A stretch of DNA of 63,413 nt, the filler included, from Octopus bimaculoides (Eukaryota), in assembly GCF_001194135.2 (NCBI RefSeq). It is 5 parts of 5 records of this genome, joined end to end, with 100 filler letters (N's around TTAATTAATTAA, not from the genome) between each part and the next. Parts side by side here need not be neighbours in the genome. Positions count along the whole stretch, not along the records: positions 1 to 14,501 come from NC_069002.1; positions 14,602 to 37,771 come from NC_068992.1; 3 more parts are not named here. One strand, given 5' to 3'. Below the pieces are notes generated by a model. It did not search any database, had not been told where the DNA came from, and saw nothing but the letters and a program-made list of their open reading frames with translations. Below are positions 14,260 through 28,255 of this stretch, in pieces (the stretch's first letter is position 1; every line of letters starts with the position of its first letter). The position numbers and the translations under genes are program-made.

Positions 14260-14501
14260 AATTATATAGAAAAAAATTTAAGGTACTCAGAAATCTGGAT
14301 GTTTGTACATTTATAGATTTTTATTGATGTCACATATTAAATAAAGCGCTTCTCACCTAGTCGTGTAGGATTTTCAAAAACAATTTGAAAATCCTGCACG
14401 ACTAGGTGAGAAGCGCTTTACTTAATATGTGACATCAATAAAAATCTGTAAATGTACAAACATCCAGATTTCTGAGTACCTTAAATTTTTTCTATAAAAT
14501 T
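14260..14501. repeat. Long inverted repeat (~118-bp arms, 5-nt loop)
   Basis: 14260-14378 is the reverse complement of 14384-14501 with 4 substitutions and 1 indel. Confidence 0.95.
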
Positions 14502-14601
14502 NNNNNNNNNNNNNNNNNNNNNNNNNNNNNNNNNNNNNNNNNNNNTTAATTAATTAANNNNNNNNNNNNNNNNNNNNNNNNNNNNNNNNNNNNNNNNNNN
14601 N
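14502..14601. other. Artificial scaffold linker N44-TTAATTAATTAA-N44
   Basis: The identical 100-nt pattern recurs at 37772-37871, 58599-58698 and 60813-60912. The 12-mer has stops in all six frames. Confidence 0.9.
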
Positions 14602-15177
14602 TATATATATATATATATATATCCATGCGCATGCATACAACCGTACAAGTATTTGCATTTCTCTCTCCCTCTCTCTTTCACTTATTCACCAATTTTTCCC
14701 TGGCCACTCTCTATTAACATGAAATTGCTTTAAATAGTAAATATTCATCGATTTGTTTTCCATTTGAAATGTCACAGTATTCATTTGAAATAAATGTTGT
14801 GCTTAATTATTTATTAGCAAAATGTTTTGTTTTCCTACAGAGATTAATTTAATATTTTATAATGTGCAATAGCTGGTTGTTATACATTTTTCATAATATA
14901 TCATAAATTATGAATGAATACAGAAGCCAACATATTATAAAGCGTAATAAAATGAAACTGTCTCTAAATCACTTCACACATTTAAAGGAAGTTATATTTT
15001 GATTTTTAATATTAAACCCGGATAATTATTTTGTTGCTATGGTACACTCAATTATAATTCCCTTCCTTATAATTTAGATTTTGTCGCCTCATATAGAGGC
15101 ATATTATTATAAAAATTTATAATTTTTACGGTGACATATGTGAATTTGAGGAATCGCAATTTACAAAATGTTATCAT

Positions 15178-15333
15178 GCAGGCATTGCTGTGGGTTAAGA
15201 AGTTTGTTTCCTAACCACATGTTTCCGGGTTCAATCCCATTGCGTAGAACCTTGGGGAAGTGTACCCTGCTACAGCCTCGGGTTAACCAAAACCATGTGA
15301 ATGGATTTGGTAGATGGAAACTGAAAGAAACCC
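15178..15333 (+). mobile_element. SINE family 1, 5' half
   Basis: GCTGTGGGTTAAG...GGTTCAATCCC...GGAAACTGAAAGAAACCC followed by (TA)n and a gap. Confidence 0.8.
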
Positions 15334-15357
15334 TTATATATATATATNNNNNNNNNN

Positions 15358-15640
15358 TTGGGCTGGCAACTAAGTTCCTGCCGTTTTTTTTAAATTTTAA
15401 TTTTTAAAAAATGGTTTAATTAAAAATAACAACAAATTAATCAATAATGTGTTCACCCTTGTTGTTTACAACTTCTCAAAGTTCAATAAGATTTTCAATA
15501 CATCGTTGGTAGAAATCATCCTATTTCGACTCGAAAAATTGATCCAGGCGTGTGTTCACATATGAAAATCGCAGACACACTGAAACTTTGATGGAAAAAA
15601 TTGATGTAGGTCGCAAAACCGGATAGGACAATTATTTAAC
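15358..15640 (-). mobile_element. mariner (DD34D-type) 3' end with terminal inverted repeat
   Basis: Minus strand LDQFFESK*DDFYQRCIENLIEL*EVVNNKGEHIID*. Plus-strand TTGGGCTGGCAACTAAGT at 15358 resembles a mariner TIR start. Confidence 0.75.
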
Positions 15641-17019
15641 GGGTTGTTAATAGCTAAACGTAAAACATTCCATTACTTGGAGTTTAAGATATTCTTTAAA
15701 AATTCATTAGAAGAGAATGTTGCAGTACATCTGTGGGTATTTCACTTTGGAATCGTATTGTGATGTTAGCAGCTAGAGCTCATCAGTTTTGATGCTGTAT
15801 TACCATCTGATGAATATACTAATTATACACTAAGGATATAAAACCTTAGTAACGAAATGCTACAAGCTGAACTTTGAGCACAAATATATAAATTATAATA
15901 GATGCAATAATGGATTCTCCCGTCGTTTTCTATGTACGATAGTCTAAAAGCATTTTATTTCTGCTAGTTTTATTTTCTTTAATTTTAGGTTTGATATTTA
16001 TGTTTCTTATGAGATTTGATCCAGCCAACGATTTTCAAACAAATCCATGAATTGAAAAAAAAAAAATTATACAAAGCAACTGGCATGAATATTCGCAAAC
16101 TTGCTTTAGCTCTCCGTCGTTTGAGGTTAAGTAGCGGGTCCAATATATAGGTCTTCGTTAATGTCTATATAACATGTTAGCTCCAAATCATTGCAATTCT
16201 ATAGAGCTTTTTCGAACGTGTCTGGAGAAACGTTTGTAAAATTAAGGTTACCTTTAATATTATCATTGCACCTTTGCCACATTCTTCCTATGTTGGTCCT
16301 TCAATTACGGATTTGGCTACACATGAGGAATTATGGAATTATTTTTTCACTCATTCTTACAACATGACCAATGCATGCATACATATATACATACATACAC
16401 ACACACATACACACACACAGACACGAACATACGCATATACATATATAGTGCAAAAATAGATGGCTCTACGACGAAGTAAAAACAAACAAAGAAACGGCTG
16501 ATATTAGGTTTCCGCTTAGGAAATTCAACAAGAATGGAAGGAAAAGTGATTTTACATTTCAAGTACACAATCTTCTCCGGAAACAATCGACGAGAAGTGA
16601 GAAAAAATTCAGAACAAAAATGGCGAAAGGAAAATAAATATTTCTCCTACACAAGAGTTTCAGTCAGTGGACAGACACGGCAGCGTTCCATTCTTGCTGA
16701 AATGCAACTTATTTAGGAATTCCGATTTACTTTCGTGTCACGTGTATACTATCATATGTTTGTAGAGCCCAAAATATATACAGTCATATACGCAATTACA
16801 CGTACATACGTTCCTAAAGCAAATTAACAATCTTTCTCTGTTGTGTATGTGTGCGTGTGAGTGTGCGTGCGTGCAAACGTGCATGCGTGTGTGTCTTTGA
16901 GCGTGTGCTTTTGAGTGCATTTGTAAAACATCTATAATCTAAATAACAATATGTTTAGTTCAGCACCAGAACTGACTCTGCAAAACGGTTAGAAATTTTA
17001 ACTTTGTATATAAGTATGA

Positions 17020-17056
<37 letters not shown>

Positions 17057-17700
17057 NNNNNNNNNNNNNNNNNNNNNNNNNNNNNNNNNNNNNNNNNNNN
17101 NNNNNNNNNNNNNNNNNNNNNNNNNNNNNNNNNNNNNNNNNNNNNNNNNNNNNNNNNNNNNNNNNNNNNNNNNNNNNNNNNNNNNNNNNNNNNNNNNNNN
17201 NNNNNNNNNNNNNNNNNNNNNNNNNNNNNNNNNNNNNNNNNNNNNNNNNNNNNNNNNNNNNNNNNNNNNNNNNNNNNNNNNNNNNNNNNNNNNNNNNNNN
17301 NNNNNNNNNNNNNNNNNNNNNNNNNNNNNNNNNNNNNNNNNNNNNNNNNNNNNNNNNNNNNATATATATATATATAGACATGTTTCTCTATCTATGATTG
17401 TACTGATTATTCTATCATAAATCTGTTTCTCTTTATCTTGCTATACATCAATTTAATTATACATCTCAATCTATATATTCATCGATCTACCGTGTTCTCT
17501 CTTATACACATATATTTCTATTGTTCTGTTCATAGGCATTGTTCTCGTTCCATTACACTCACCCCCTTACACTTCCTCCCCCGCTCCATCACAACATTTT
17601 CTATATTTTCAAAATCAAACTACTTTTGTACCTTCTCCATGTTTACATATTTTCCTTCATCTATTTCTTATCTCCAGCTCAATTACTATCTTTCTCCACG

Positions 17701-17765
<65 letters not shown>
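17701..17765. repeat. (GATA)n microsatellite
   Basis: Read directly from the sequence. Confidence 0.95.
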
Positions 17766-17766
<1 letters not shown>

Positions 17767-20487
17767 GAGATAGAGGAAAGGAGATGGAAAGAGGGAGAGA
17801 GATGAGGAAATATAAATACATACCAACGTTTATAAACAAACCCACACACACGTTTATAAATGCATGTATGTATGTATGCTTGTATGTAAGTATATATATA
17901 TATTATATATTCAAATGTGCGTCTGTATTCATACATACATACAAACATATGTATGTATATATAGGCTTGAAGTAGTTCTTTTAATCTTAAGAAATACGTT
18001 TATTGAATGGATTAAATTTTTGAAATATATGTCTCTTTTTGCTCATGTGTTTACATGTAGTCATGTAAATATATAAATATGAGAAATTAGCTGTTAGTCT
18101 TTTGTTCTAAATGTAGGTTAATCTGCACATAAGCATGTCATATTCTATGAACATTTTTTTATTAGCTCAGTGTTATAACTAGTATATATTGATTCGTAAC
18201 CGAAATACTAGGCTATATATTTTGATAATATCGACCTCAATACAATTCTTTCTGATGCTGAACTGGTTCTTCTAACTTTTACATATAATATGGAGCAAAT
18301 ATCCAGCCCCACGACTTTATCACGATCACTTTCTAAGCCTCCACTCCAAGTTAATAACATATAACAATGTTTATAGATGTATTGATATTTTTCTGTACGT
18401 ATGTGTGTATTTTTGGCATGCATATAAGTTTATGAATCTGTATGTCTATATCTATATGTACATGTCTATATGTATATGTATGTATATATGCGTGTATATC
18501 AATATGGAAGTCTTTATTATAACGTAGTGAATATTTTACTTGATTTAGACATACAGCCATACATAGATGCATATACATACACGCAATCATGCACACACAC
18601 GCATACACACACTCACAAAAACACACGCACAAACATACACAAACACAGACACCACTGACAAACGCACACTTGTATATATGCAATTTCATCTTCAATACAA
18701 ATTATTTGCAGAAATGTTGGGGGAATTTTTCGGAATTTTATGGCTGAAAATCTCCGTCAGTATTGAATATGAAATCAGGAGTTAGCCTTTTTGAAAAACA
18801 AAATTGTTGACTCCCTCGATACGTTTCGACGAATGAGGGTTCAATAAGACACAGCTGAAGAACGAAATCCACATCTGTTCCAGATCTATGGAAAAGTGAT
18901 CATCGCCCGACGGTCAACTTTGTACGGGTTCAGAGCTGAAAAAATTTACTTGTAACCGTTGCATCTTTCTCGTCACTCGACTTATGAATAAAACGTGATG
19001 GAGCTTGTGCTGATGCTTTTGGCTAATTAAACCATCTGCACGATGAATATTACTATAGAAGACGAGGTTTGTCCAGAGCCTGTCCCATCTTTCGTTCTTC
19101 GAATTTGTATTGGTCTGATTCAACAAATACTACGTGCCCTGCAGTTATCAGGATGCATGATGTATGAAGATAGCTTCTCATAGATATGTTGCTAAAAAGC
19201 TGAATACTTTATCTGCCCTGGATTCGTTGTGGGTGATTTTGAGTGACCTTCTGCAGGCAATTCTACGACATGCCAGTTAATACATAGCGGATCTCCTTAC
19301 GGCGCTACTCGTTCGGTTTCGGTTCGGAGTAAACCTGAGTACTACAGTGTCTAAGAGTTAGTTCCACAGCCAGTAAACCCTTAGGACCACTGAACGAGGG
19401 CCACTACTTCCAGATGCAGTTTAAAGTTAAGAACAACACAGCATAAATACCATTGTTTTCCGGATGTCTATTCCCCAAATGAATTCTTTATCATGGCGGA
19501 GCAGAAATCTCCTCCTTGTTATATACGAACTTTCGAATTCTTCTCGAAGAAACGCAATAAGTAACAAAGATTATAAAAGCTTGAAAACCCAAAAATAAAA
19601 AATAAATAAAAAAATGGTTTTGGTCGAAATATTGAAATACTTAATTATAACCTCTTTTCGTGAGCATTATAAACACTTCGGTTACATACGGTTACCAATC
19701 CTTTATTTGCATTTCAGCTGATACGTTTCAAGTAATATATCTGGCGTAATTGACAATGATTTTTAATGAATTGCATTCATTTAAGGTTGTGATATTATTT
19801 GCTTTAACATATGATATATGTTAACTTATCGTTGTTTCCAGAGACTTTTCAAGTACATTGATTTCCTTCGTTGATTATATATACCATTATGAAACAAATA
19901 TTTCATGTTACTTTCATTAACGATAAGGATATCTTTGAAATATGCGTTCCTAATATATATAATTGTATTTAATTTGAAAGCCCTTTGTGTCATTGGATTT
20001 CAATTACATTGAGACTGTATGTTATATTTGTTGACTTAATTTAGTGATTATTGTCACCACTCTTTCATACAGCCAAACCGTCCGTCCTTTATTAATTCAT
20101 TAATTAATCCTTTTATTCATCGATGTAATTCTTATTAGTCAGTTATTCACAACACTTTTCTTTCACAGTTATTAGAATACTCACTTTCCTCACTTATGAT
20201 TTACATACATCTAAGCAACGGTCTACCATACATCGAGAATATTATAACTGAACAGGTGATAATGATTGCTTGGGAACGACTGAATACTTTTCAATAGATA
20301 CAATCAATGTGTTTTACTGTCTGAATTCAATGAACCTATTAAGTAAAGTTAAAATCTGCATTGCGTTAGTGTTCAACATTAACAAGTGTAATATAATGTA
20401 ATGTCTTTCTTTAAAGTTATTCAGAACAAATACCTATGGTATCGAATATCTTCAGAACTTGTACTTCAGTGTGTGTGCGAATGCACC

Positions 20488-20525
<38 letters not shown>

Positions 20526-20613
20526 TGTGTGTGTGTGTGTGTATGTATACATGTATACATGTATACATATGTATATACATACAGGCAGTTATTTGCAAGT
20601 ATTGACATGAGTT

Positions 20614-20657
<44 letters not shown>

Positions 20658-20668
20658 GTGTGTATGTG

Positions 20669-20711
<43 letters not shown>

Positions 20712-21230
20712 ATATATATATATATATATNNNNNNNNNNNNNNNNNNNNNNNNNNNNNNNNNNNNNNNNNNNNNNNNNNNNNNNNNNNNNNNNNNNNNNN
20801 NNNNNNNNNNNNNNNNNNNNNNNNNNNNNNNNNNNNNNNNNNNNNNNNNNNNNNNNNNNNNNNNNNNNNNNNNNNNNNNNNNNNNNNNNNNNNNNNNNNN
20901 NNNNNNNNNNNNNNNNNNNNNNNNNNNNNNNNNNNNNNNNNNNNNNNNNNNNNNNNNNNNNNNNNNNNNNNNNNNNNNNNNNNNNNNNNNNNNNNNNNNN
21001 NNNNNNNNNNNNNNNNNNNNNNNNNNNNNNNNNNNNNNNNNNNNNNNNNNNNNNNNNNNNNNNNNNNNNNNNNNNNNNNNNNNNNNNNNNNNNNNNNNNN
21101 NNNNNNNNNNNNNNNNNNNNNNNNNNNNNNNNNNNNNNNNNNNNNNNNNNNNNNNNNNNNNNNNNNNNNNNNNNNNNNNNNNNNNNNNNNNNNNNNNNNN
21201 NNNNNNNNNNNNNNNNNNNNNNNNNNNNNN

Positions 21231-21263
<33 letters not shown>

Positions 21264-21289
21264 TGTGTATATAGAATATATATATATAT

Positions 21290-21690
21290 ATCCATTGATT
21301 TTCTCCTACCACCATTTCTGGGGGGTTGAGTTCTCATATCCTTATTCCATAATACCCAATCAGAAGCAAATGTCATTATACTCTCTGGCTGCACTTCCCA
21401 GTGTGAATAACTGAGGATGTGGTTTGTACCCAACCATTTCGTTTTTGGTCTACCTCTTGGTCTTCTACCTGTTTCCTCTGGTGAAAAATCGGTCCCGAGA
21501 TTCTTCCCTGCAACATTTTAATAACATGTCTGTAGAACCGTAGCTGTGACCCCACAATGTGGAGAAGTAAGGACCCCATCTAGAGAGACATTCTGATTTC
21601 CATGCAACGCACCGTATTGATTGGCATTAGTCCAGCGACCCCCAGATTAAGCCCATTTCACTCGCCTATTTTGTCAATACATGACCTACT
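21290..21690 (-). mobile_element. RTE-type LINE 3' fragment, degenerate
   Basis: Minus-strand QLRFYRHV and, in another frame, GNR*RPRG(*)RPKTKWLGT...ASDWVLW. These resemble the QLRW/FxGHV...RPRGRPxxRW...DRxxW C-terminus of RTE-like ORFs. Confidence 0.65.
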
Positions 21691-21904
21691 TCATCTGAGA
21701 CGAAGTGGTGTTGGTGGAGTTGGGGGCGGTAGTATTGTTGTTGTTGTTAACGGTGGTGGTGGTGTTGGTGGCGAGGGTGGTGGTGTATATGTGTGTTATA
21801 AACGAATATATATTTTATATACTTATAAAGCAATATGCGAATCGTAGTCTTTGAATCAATATACATATTGATTTTCCTTCACTAGACGAAAGAGTAATCT
21901 AGCC

Positions 21905-22015
21905 AAAGAAGGGCTTCGTCGACTCAACTGAGCTAAAACCATTAGTATTACTTCGCTTATTGATTACCCAGGGAGACGAATAGAGATGACCTCGAGAAAA
22001 TTTGAATTCAAAACA
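21905..22015 (+). mobile_element. Repeat family 3, highly degenerate copy
   Basis: CGTCGACTC...GATGACCTCGAGAAAATTTGAATTCAAAAC loosely matches the family core. Confidence 0.4.
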
Positions 22016-22792
22016 CTTTACCATAATAAAGTCTGTCTGCTATCCTACGATTCCTTTTATCTTCACTGATATTAATCAATAATAATAATTTTAAATCGAA
22101 TTATATAACCAACCGAAACTTTCAATATCTATAATTATGTATCTTTCATTTATATCAAGACATGTTTCTTTACAGTAATACATGAATCCCTACCTTCGTA
22201 TACTTAATAATTCTTACATTTGCCCTTCAGCAATATTGTGTCATTTGCAAGTCTTTATAATATCATATATATTAGAATTACATTGAAACGATCAGAACAT
22301 ATTTTTTCAGTGATCTCTTCAGATAAATATAAAGGGCATGCTTGGAAAGGCAACATTAAATCAATGATCTTGTTTTAAAACGTAACAGTTCGCTGAAGTT
22401 AAAAACCAAGTCACGTCAGCTTAAATTTTTACTGAAAATTCATTATTAACGAGCGAAACAGTATTAGTTCATAACAGCAACATGTATATCTTACTGAACT
22501 TGGATATAGTATGTCAAAGCCAGGGTACTGCAGTATTCATCTTGAGAAAGCAACTCGTATTGACGTCCATTTGAGATGTTTTCTCAGGTCTTATATCGCA
22601 GTGCTTTGGATTTCTTTTAGTTAAACCTAGGTTAAGTAAGATATAGAGAATGCAAGTATTTATAGAGATTTCTTTTATTCTTTTTATATTTGCACAGATT
22701 CGCTGATATCTGGGCTTATTTCTTCGGTTTAGAACTAGAGATATGAGTCCCATAGTCAAATAATTTTAGGTTTGATCCGTGTTGGGTGGGGG

Positions 22793-22825
<33 letters not shown>

Positions 22826-23561
22826 AACACATTTGGCACTTCATCTTAAGATTTACTCCTACTAGACTTGAAACACAAAATTTTGCTGTATCGTTCACAG
22901 TTGACAACTTCTCATATTTAATAAGAAAGCATGTTTCGAAGTGCCAACGTTTTATGAAAGCTAAGAAGTTAGCAAGTCAAACGTTATGTTCATTACTAAT
23001 GTGTTTAGAGACAATATTTCTGTAACTATACCACATATATCACCAGATATTTGATGATATATATTCATAGAAATTGCAAGACGTAAGACACCAAACGTAA
23101 AATTTAATATATGGAAGTGAGACAAGATTGAAAATAAATAACTATTAGTCCATTAGATTGCAAGAATAATGTGGAATACATTTATATATTTGGATACCAT
23201 GTCTTTCAGACAGTTGTAAATGCTACTTATGAGGAGAAATGAAGATGGTACGTTGGGAAACATGAACGGGAATCAGTATGGGAAGAACTGTCCAATACAT
23301 AATTTCTATCTGCAAGTTTAGCTTGGTTTTTGCACATCATTCAAATGTATGTAATAATAGGTTGGTTGCTAAACAAAATATGCCCTGTCAAGTCGCTAAC
23401 ATTCATAGTCACGAAGATGGTGGAAAGTTATTCGTCTTTTAAAGGTATTAAAGATGATTTACTCAGACACACGAACTCGCGCGCGCACACTACCGCATTT
23501 TATGTGCATATATGTATGTATATGTATATCTATGTTGTGTGTGTCTGTGTCTGTGTCTGTG

Positions 23562-23622
<61 letters not shown>

Positions 23623-23929
23623 NNNNNNNNNNNNNNNNNNNNNNNNNNNNNNNNNNNNNNNNNNNNNNNNNNNNNNNNNNNNNNNNNNNNNNNNNNNNNN
23701 NNNNNNNNNNNNNNNNNNNNNNNNNNNNNNNNNNNNNNNNNNNNNNNNNNNNNNNNNNNNNNNNNNNNNNNNNNNNNNNNNNNNNNNNNNNNNNNNNNNN
23801 NNNNNNNNNNNNNNNNTATATATATATATATATATATATATGCGTGTGTGTGTGTGTGTATTATGTGTGTGCGTATATATATAAATATATGTATGAATAT
23901 ATATATCTATATCTATATAGCTATATATA

Positions 23930-24295
23930 GGCGCAGGAGTGGCTGTGTGGTAAGTAGCTTGCTTACCAACCACATAGTTCTGGGTTGAGTCACACTACGT
24001 GGTACCTTGGCCGTGTGTTTTCTACTATAGCGTCGGGACAACCAAAGCCTTGTGATTTGGTAGGCAGAAACTGAAAGAAGCCCGTCGTATTTATGTATAT
24101 GTATATATATATATATGTGTGTATGTTTGTGTGTCTGTGTTTGTCCCCCAACATCGATACTGGTTATTTTACGTCCCCGTAAATTAACGGTTCGGCAAAA
24201 GACACCGATAGAATAAGTACTAAGCTTACAAAGACCATGGGGTCAATTTGCTCGAGTAAAGACGTTGCTCCAGAATGGCCGCAGTCAAATGACTG
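23930..24295 (+). mobile_element. tRNA-derived SINE family 1, full-length copy with central microsatellite
   Basis: GGCGCAGGAGTGGCTGTGTGGTAAG head, GGTTGAGTC B-box-like motif, GAAACTGAAAGAAGCCCGTCG, (TA)/(TG) tract, tail ...CCGATAGAATAAGTACT...GCTCCAGAATGGCCGCAGTCAAATGACTG. Homologous copies occur elsewhere in the window. Confidence 0.85.
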
Positions 24296-25144
24296 CCCTT
24301 TTTAGCATTTAGGAAGTCTTGTCATAGCTCTTTTTTGTGTATAAATCTTTATACACTCTTATATATTTGTATATATATGTATGCGTGTGTGTGTATGTGT
24401 TTTGGACAATACAATAGAATATATACTGCACGGTATAGTTCCTTCTGTTAATCGTGTAACTAAATAATAACAACAATAACATCAACTACAATTATAACTA
24501 CATCCACTATGTTGCGTATTGGAAAATATTTCAACTCCATTTTTCTTTCTTTGTCTTCCATTAACTGTTACATGCTATGGCCAAGAATATAATGGAGTTT
24601 TGGCCAGAAAATTTTAACAGTTGTCCTGTCAGCTGGCTGTCTGTATTTGCTGCTATGCAACGATTATATTTCTATAAAAGATTACGGAACCAAATAATTA
24701 TTTGAATATAAAATTATTTGCCGTAAAAAAAAAAAAATTGTATCAGAATACAATGTTTATTTTCGCCTTTAAATTGGCGTCAGTTTACGAAATGATTACA
24801 AAATATATCTGTCCTGCCAGAATCTCTTGTTAAAATATAATATACCGTTTACTTTTTCTTCACAGATATAAAGTTTTCCAATTGGCAATTACTTAAGGTC
24901 AATTTATAACAGTAAAAACACTATTTTTGTAAAAGAATTGACTTTGGCAAAATATTTATCGGCTTTAAAAAGTTTTATTTGTACAATAGCATATTGGCAA
25001 ATATGTACATAAATATATTAGCTTATGGTATTTTTATTCTATTTCTATTGGAGAAACTTTGCCACTTCTTAATTGGTTCGACTTCAACGTAAACAGTATA
25101 AGTGTAGAATTAACTTACTGCAAATATATTATATAATTAATGGG

Positions 25145-25182
<38 letters not shown>

Positions 25183-25518
25183 NNNNNNNNNNNNNNNNNN
25201 NNNNNNNNNNNNNNNNNNNNNNNNNNNNNNNNNNNNNNNNNNNNNNNNNNNNNNNNNNNNNNNNNNNNNNNNNNNNNNNNNNNNNNNNNNNNNNNNNNNN
25301 NNNNNNNNNNNNNNNNNNNNNNNNNNNNNNNNNNNNNNNNNNNNNNNNNNNNNNNNNNNNNNNNNNNNNNNNNNNNNNNNNNNNNNNNNNNNNNNNNNNN
25401 NNNNNNNNNNNNNNNNNNNNNNNNNNNNNNNNNNNNNNNNNNNNNNNNNNNNNNNNNNNNNNNNNNNNNNNNNNNNNNNNNNNNNNNNNNNNNNNNNNNN
25501 NNNNNNNNNNNNNNNNNN

Positions 25519-26128
25519 TGAATCAGATGTGTTAGTTTATACATTTGCAATGTGACCATCGATGGATTAGTTAGCCGAAACTTCTAAGACACCACCAATG
25601 ATATTGCTGTTTATATGTATATTAGTTCTTAGAAGAGAGTCAATTATCAAACATATATGTCTCCTGATAATCAGTTATGTGGAACTGAGTAACAATTTCT
25701 GAAGTGTTTTTAGCTTAATCTGATAATGTAGGTATGCTTGCGCGCGTGCATGTGCGACTGTGTGTGTGTGTATGTATATATACCATATGTTGCATATATG
25801 TATATATATATGTATATAATATATTACGTATAATAAAATATAATATGATATAATATAAAGTCATAATACAAAATAATTGATAACGTATGTGAAAAATAAT
25901 ACTCTCAATAACTGATGAAGATTATTTAAGGGTAATTGTGTGCTGAGTAGATATATCATAAAAGTAATTTCCATTAAACTGTCTGCAATGTATTATGTAA
26001 CATTCAATGCTTCGTAATTTGAAATTGCTAAATATGCTTGTGTATAAGCCTGTGGTGTCTTAGAAGTTTCGGCTAACCAATCCATCGATGGTCACATTGC
26101 AAATGTATAAACTAACACATCTGATTCA
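25519..26128. repeat. 77-bp inverted repeats flanking a 456-bp spacer
   Basis: 25519-25595 is the reverse complement of 26052-26128 with 1 mismatch. Confidence 0.95.
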
Positions 26129-26545
26129 TACAAAACTTTATAATATTCGTGAACATAAAAACAACATATATATATATATATATATATANNNNNNNNNNNN
26201 NNNNNNNNNNNNNNNNNNNNNNNNNNNNNNNNNNNNNNNNNNNNNNNNNNNNNNNNNNNNNNNNNNNNNNNNNNNNNNNNNNNNNNNNNNNNNNNNNNNN
26301 NNNNNNNNNNNNNNNNNNNNNNNNNNNNNNNNNNNNNNNNNNNNNNNNNNNNNNNNNNNNNNNNNNNNNNNNNNNNNNNNNNNNNNNNNNNNNNNNNNNN
26401 NNNNNNNNNNNNNNNNNNNNNNNNNNNNNNNNNNNNNNNNNNNNNNNNNNNNNNNNNNNNNNNNNNNNNNNNNNNNNNNNNNNNNNNNNNTTGAGAAACG
26501 AAGGCTTTTATATATTATATATATTCTTTCATTCCTTTCATTCAA

Positions 26546-26667
<122 letters not shown>

Positions 26668-27212
26668 ATCAGATAAAGATGAGTATCATCCCACCATCGG
26701 CTAATAAGAACACTGGATGTATTGCTCGCTCGTTGTCGTTTAAAAATATTTCAGAATTTATGTTATAGAATAAACGACATTTGTTTCCAGAAAGGATCGT
26801 AGCATCGCTTTGAGTTTTCTCTTCCTCAAATAAACAGTTATTCACTCTGAAAAGCTTCTGATATACCTACTGGAACATACCTAGGATTGGCGAAGTGCTT
26901 CATAATATATCATATATTTTTGGGGGTTTTTTGGTTTGTAATCGCCCGTCTTTTGTTACTGAGATATTACGATAGCCAGGATCCTGCTAATAAGTGCTCA
27001 TCAGGTGGTTTATACTTACCGGGCTTTCAATACAGCATATATGAATGGATGGATGTAAGCATGTACGTGTGTACGCATGTATGCATATGTATTTATGGAT
27101 AGCTGTATAAGAAAACTATAGTAGAGAATGGTCCGACAAATAATGCCGCAGTAGGATTCAAATCGAAGGTATAAATTGACAGAGCGAAACATATAAACTA
27201 GGAACATGTAAG

Positions 27213-27258
<46 letters not shown>

Positions 27259-27493
27259 ACACACATACACGCACCCACACGCATACATGCACACACGCAC
27301 ACACACATACACGCAGACACAAACGCACATAAACACACATATATATATATATAATTATATATATATTGTTATACTTGGGGATGGTCATTCTTTGACAATA
27401 TATACCTAAACGTATATATACATATATTTATAGATGTTTGTATATACGTATACATACACACACAAACACACAGATGTATATATATATATATAT

Positions 27494-27541
<48 letters not shown>

Positions 27542-28203
27542 CTGTGTGTATGTGTCTCTGGGTATGTATGAATTTGGATGTGCGAGTGAGTGATAGAGAG
27601 ATTGAGAGAGAGATTGAGACAGAAATGCAGACACAGTGTTAGAGAGAGTGCCTCTATATATGTTGTCTCTTTCAGAGACATTATTCCATTAGAAACCAGT
27701 ATAGACACACATGAACGTGTCTTCTCTCTTCACAGTCTGACTTATACTATCTCTACAACTACATTCTTATTCATTGTTCATAATCTTGGTATGAAAATGA
27801 AAGGGAAAAATAGCAAAAACGATAAAATACAAAATAGAATCAAAGTATAACTAGATATAAGAACATGTTATATCTAGTACTTCGTACCGGAGGATGCATT
27901 TCGTAGTTGAGTGAAGCGCTTTGATCGAAAGTATATTTCTGTTTCATATATTTCTTTTGATAGTGGAACAGAATCAGTTTTGCCCTAAATATGGAACTGG
28001 CGTATTGATCTTTTATCAAATTAAATCTTGTTTGTAACGTTCATAAACACAAGTTCATATTGTTGCGTATACATCCATACAAACACATGCATATGTACGT
28101 ATGATTCTATGTGTGTATATGCATGTATATAACTATATGTGTATGAGCATATATATTTGTCTACCTGTTTATATATCCTCTCAATTTATATTATATTATA
28201 TAC

Positions 28204-28255
<52 letters not shown>

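Noticed and set aside
18811-18860. GAAAC-GUA on the minus strand and CUGAAGA-AC-GAAA on the plus strand
   Set aside because: Neither strand supplies a full core with helices I and II.
25555-25590. CGATGG...GCCGAAAC inside the 77-bp inverted repeat, resembling a hammerhead
   Set aside because: There is no CUGANGA and no NUH/helix III after GAAAC.
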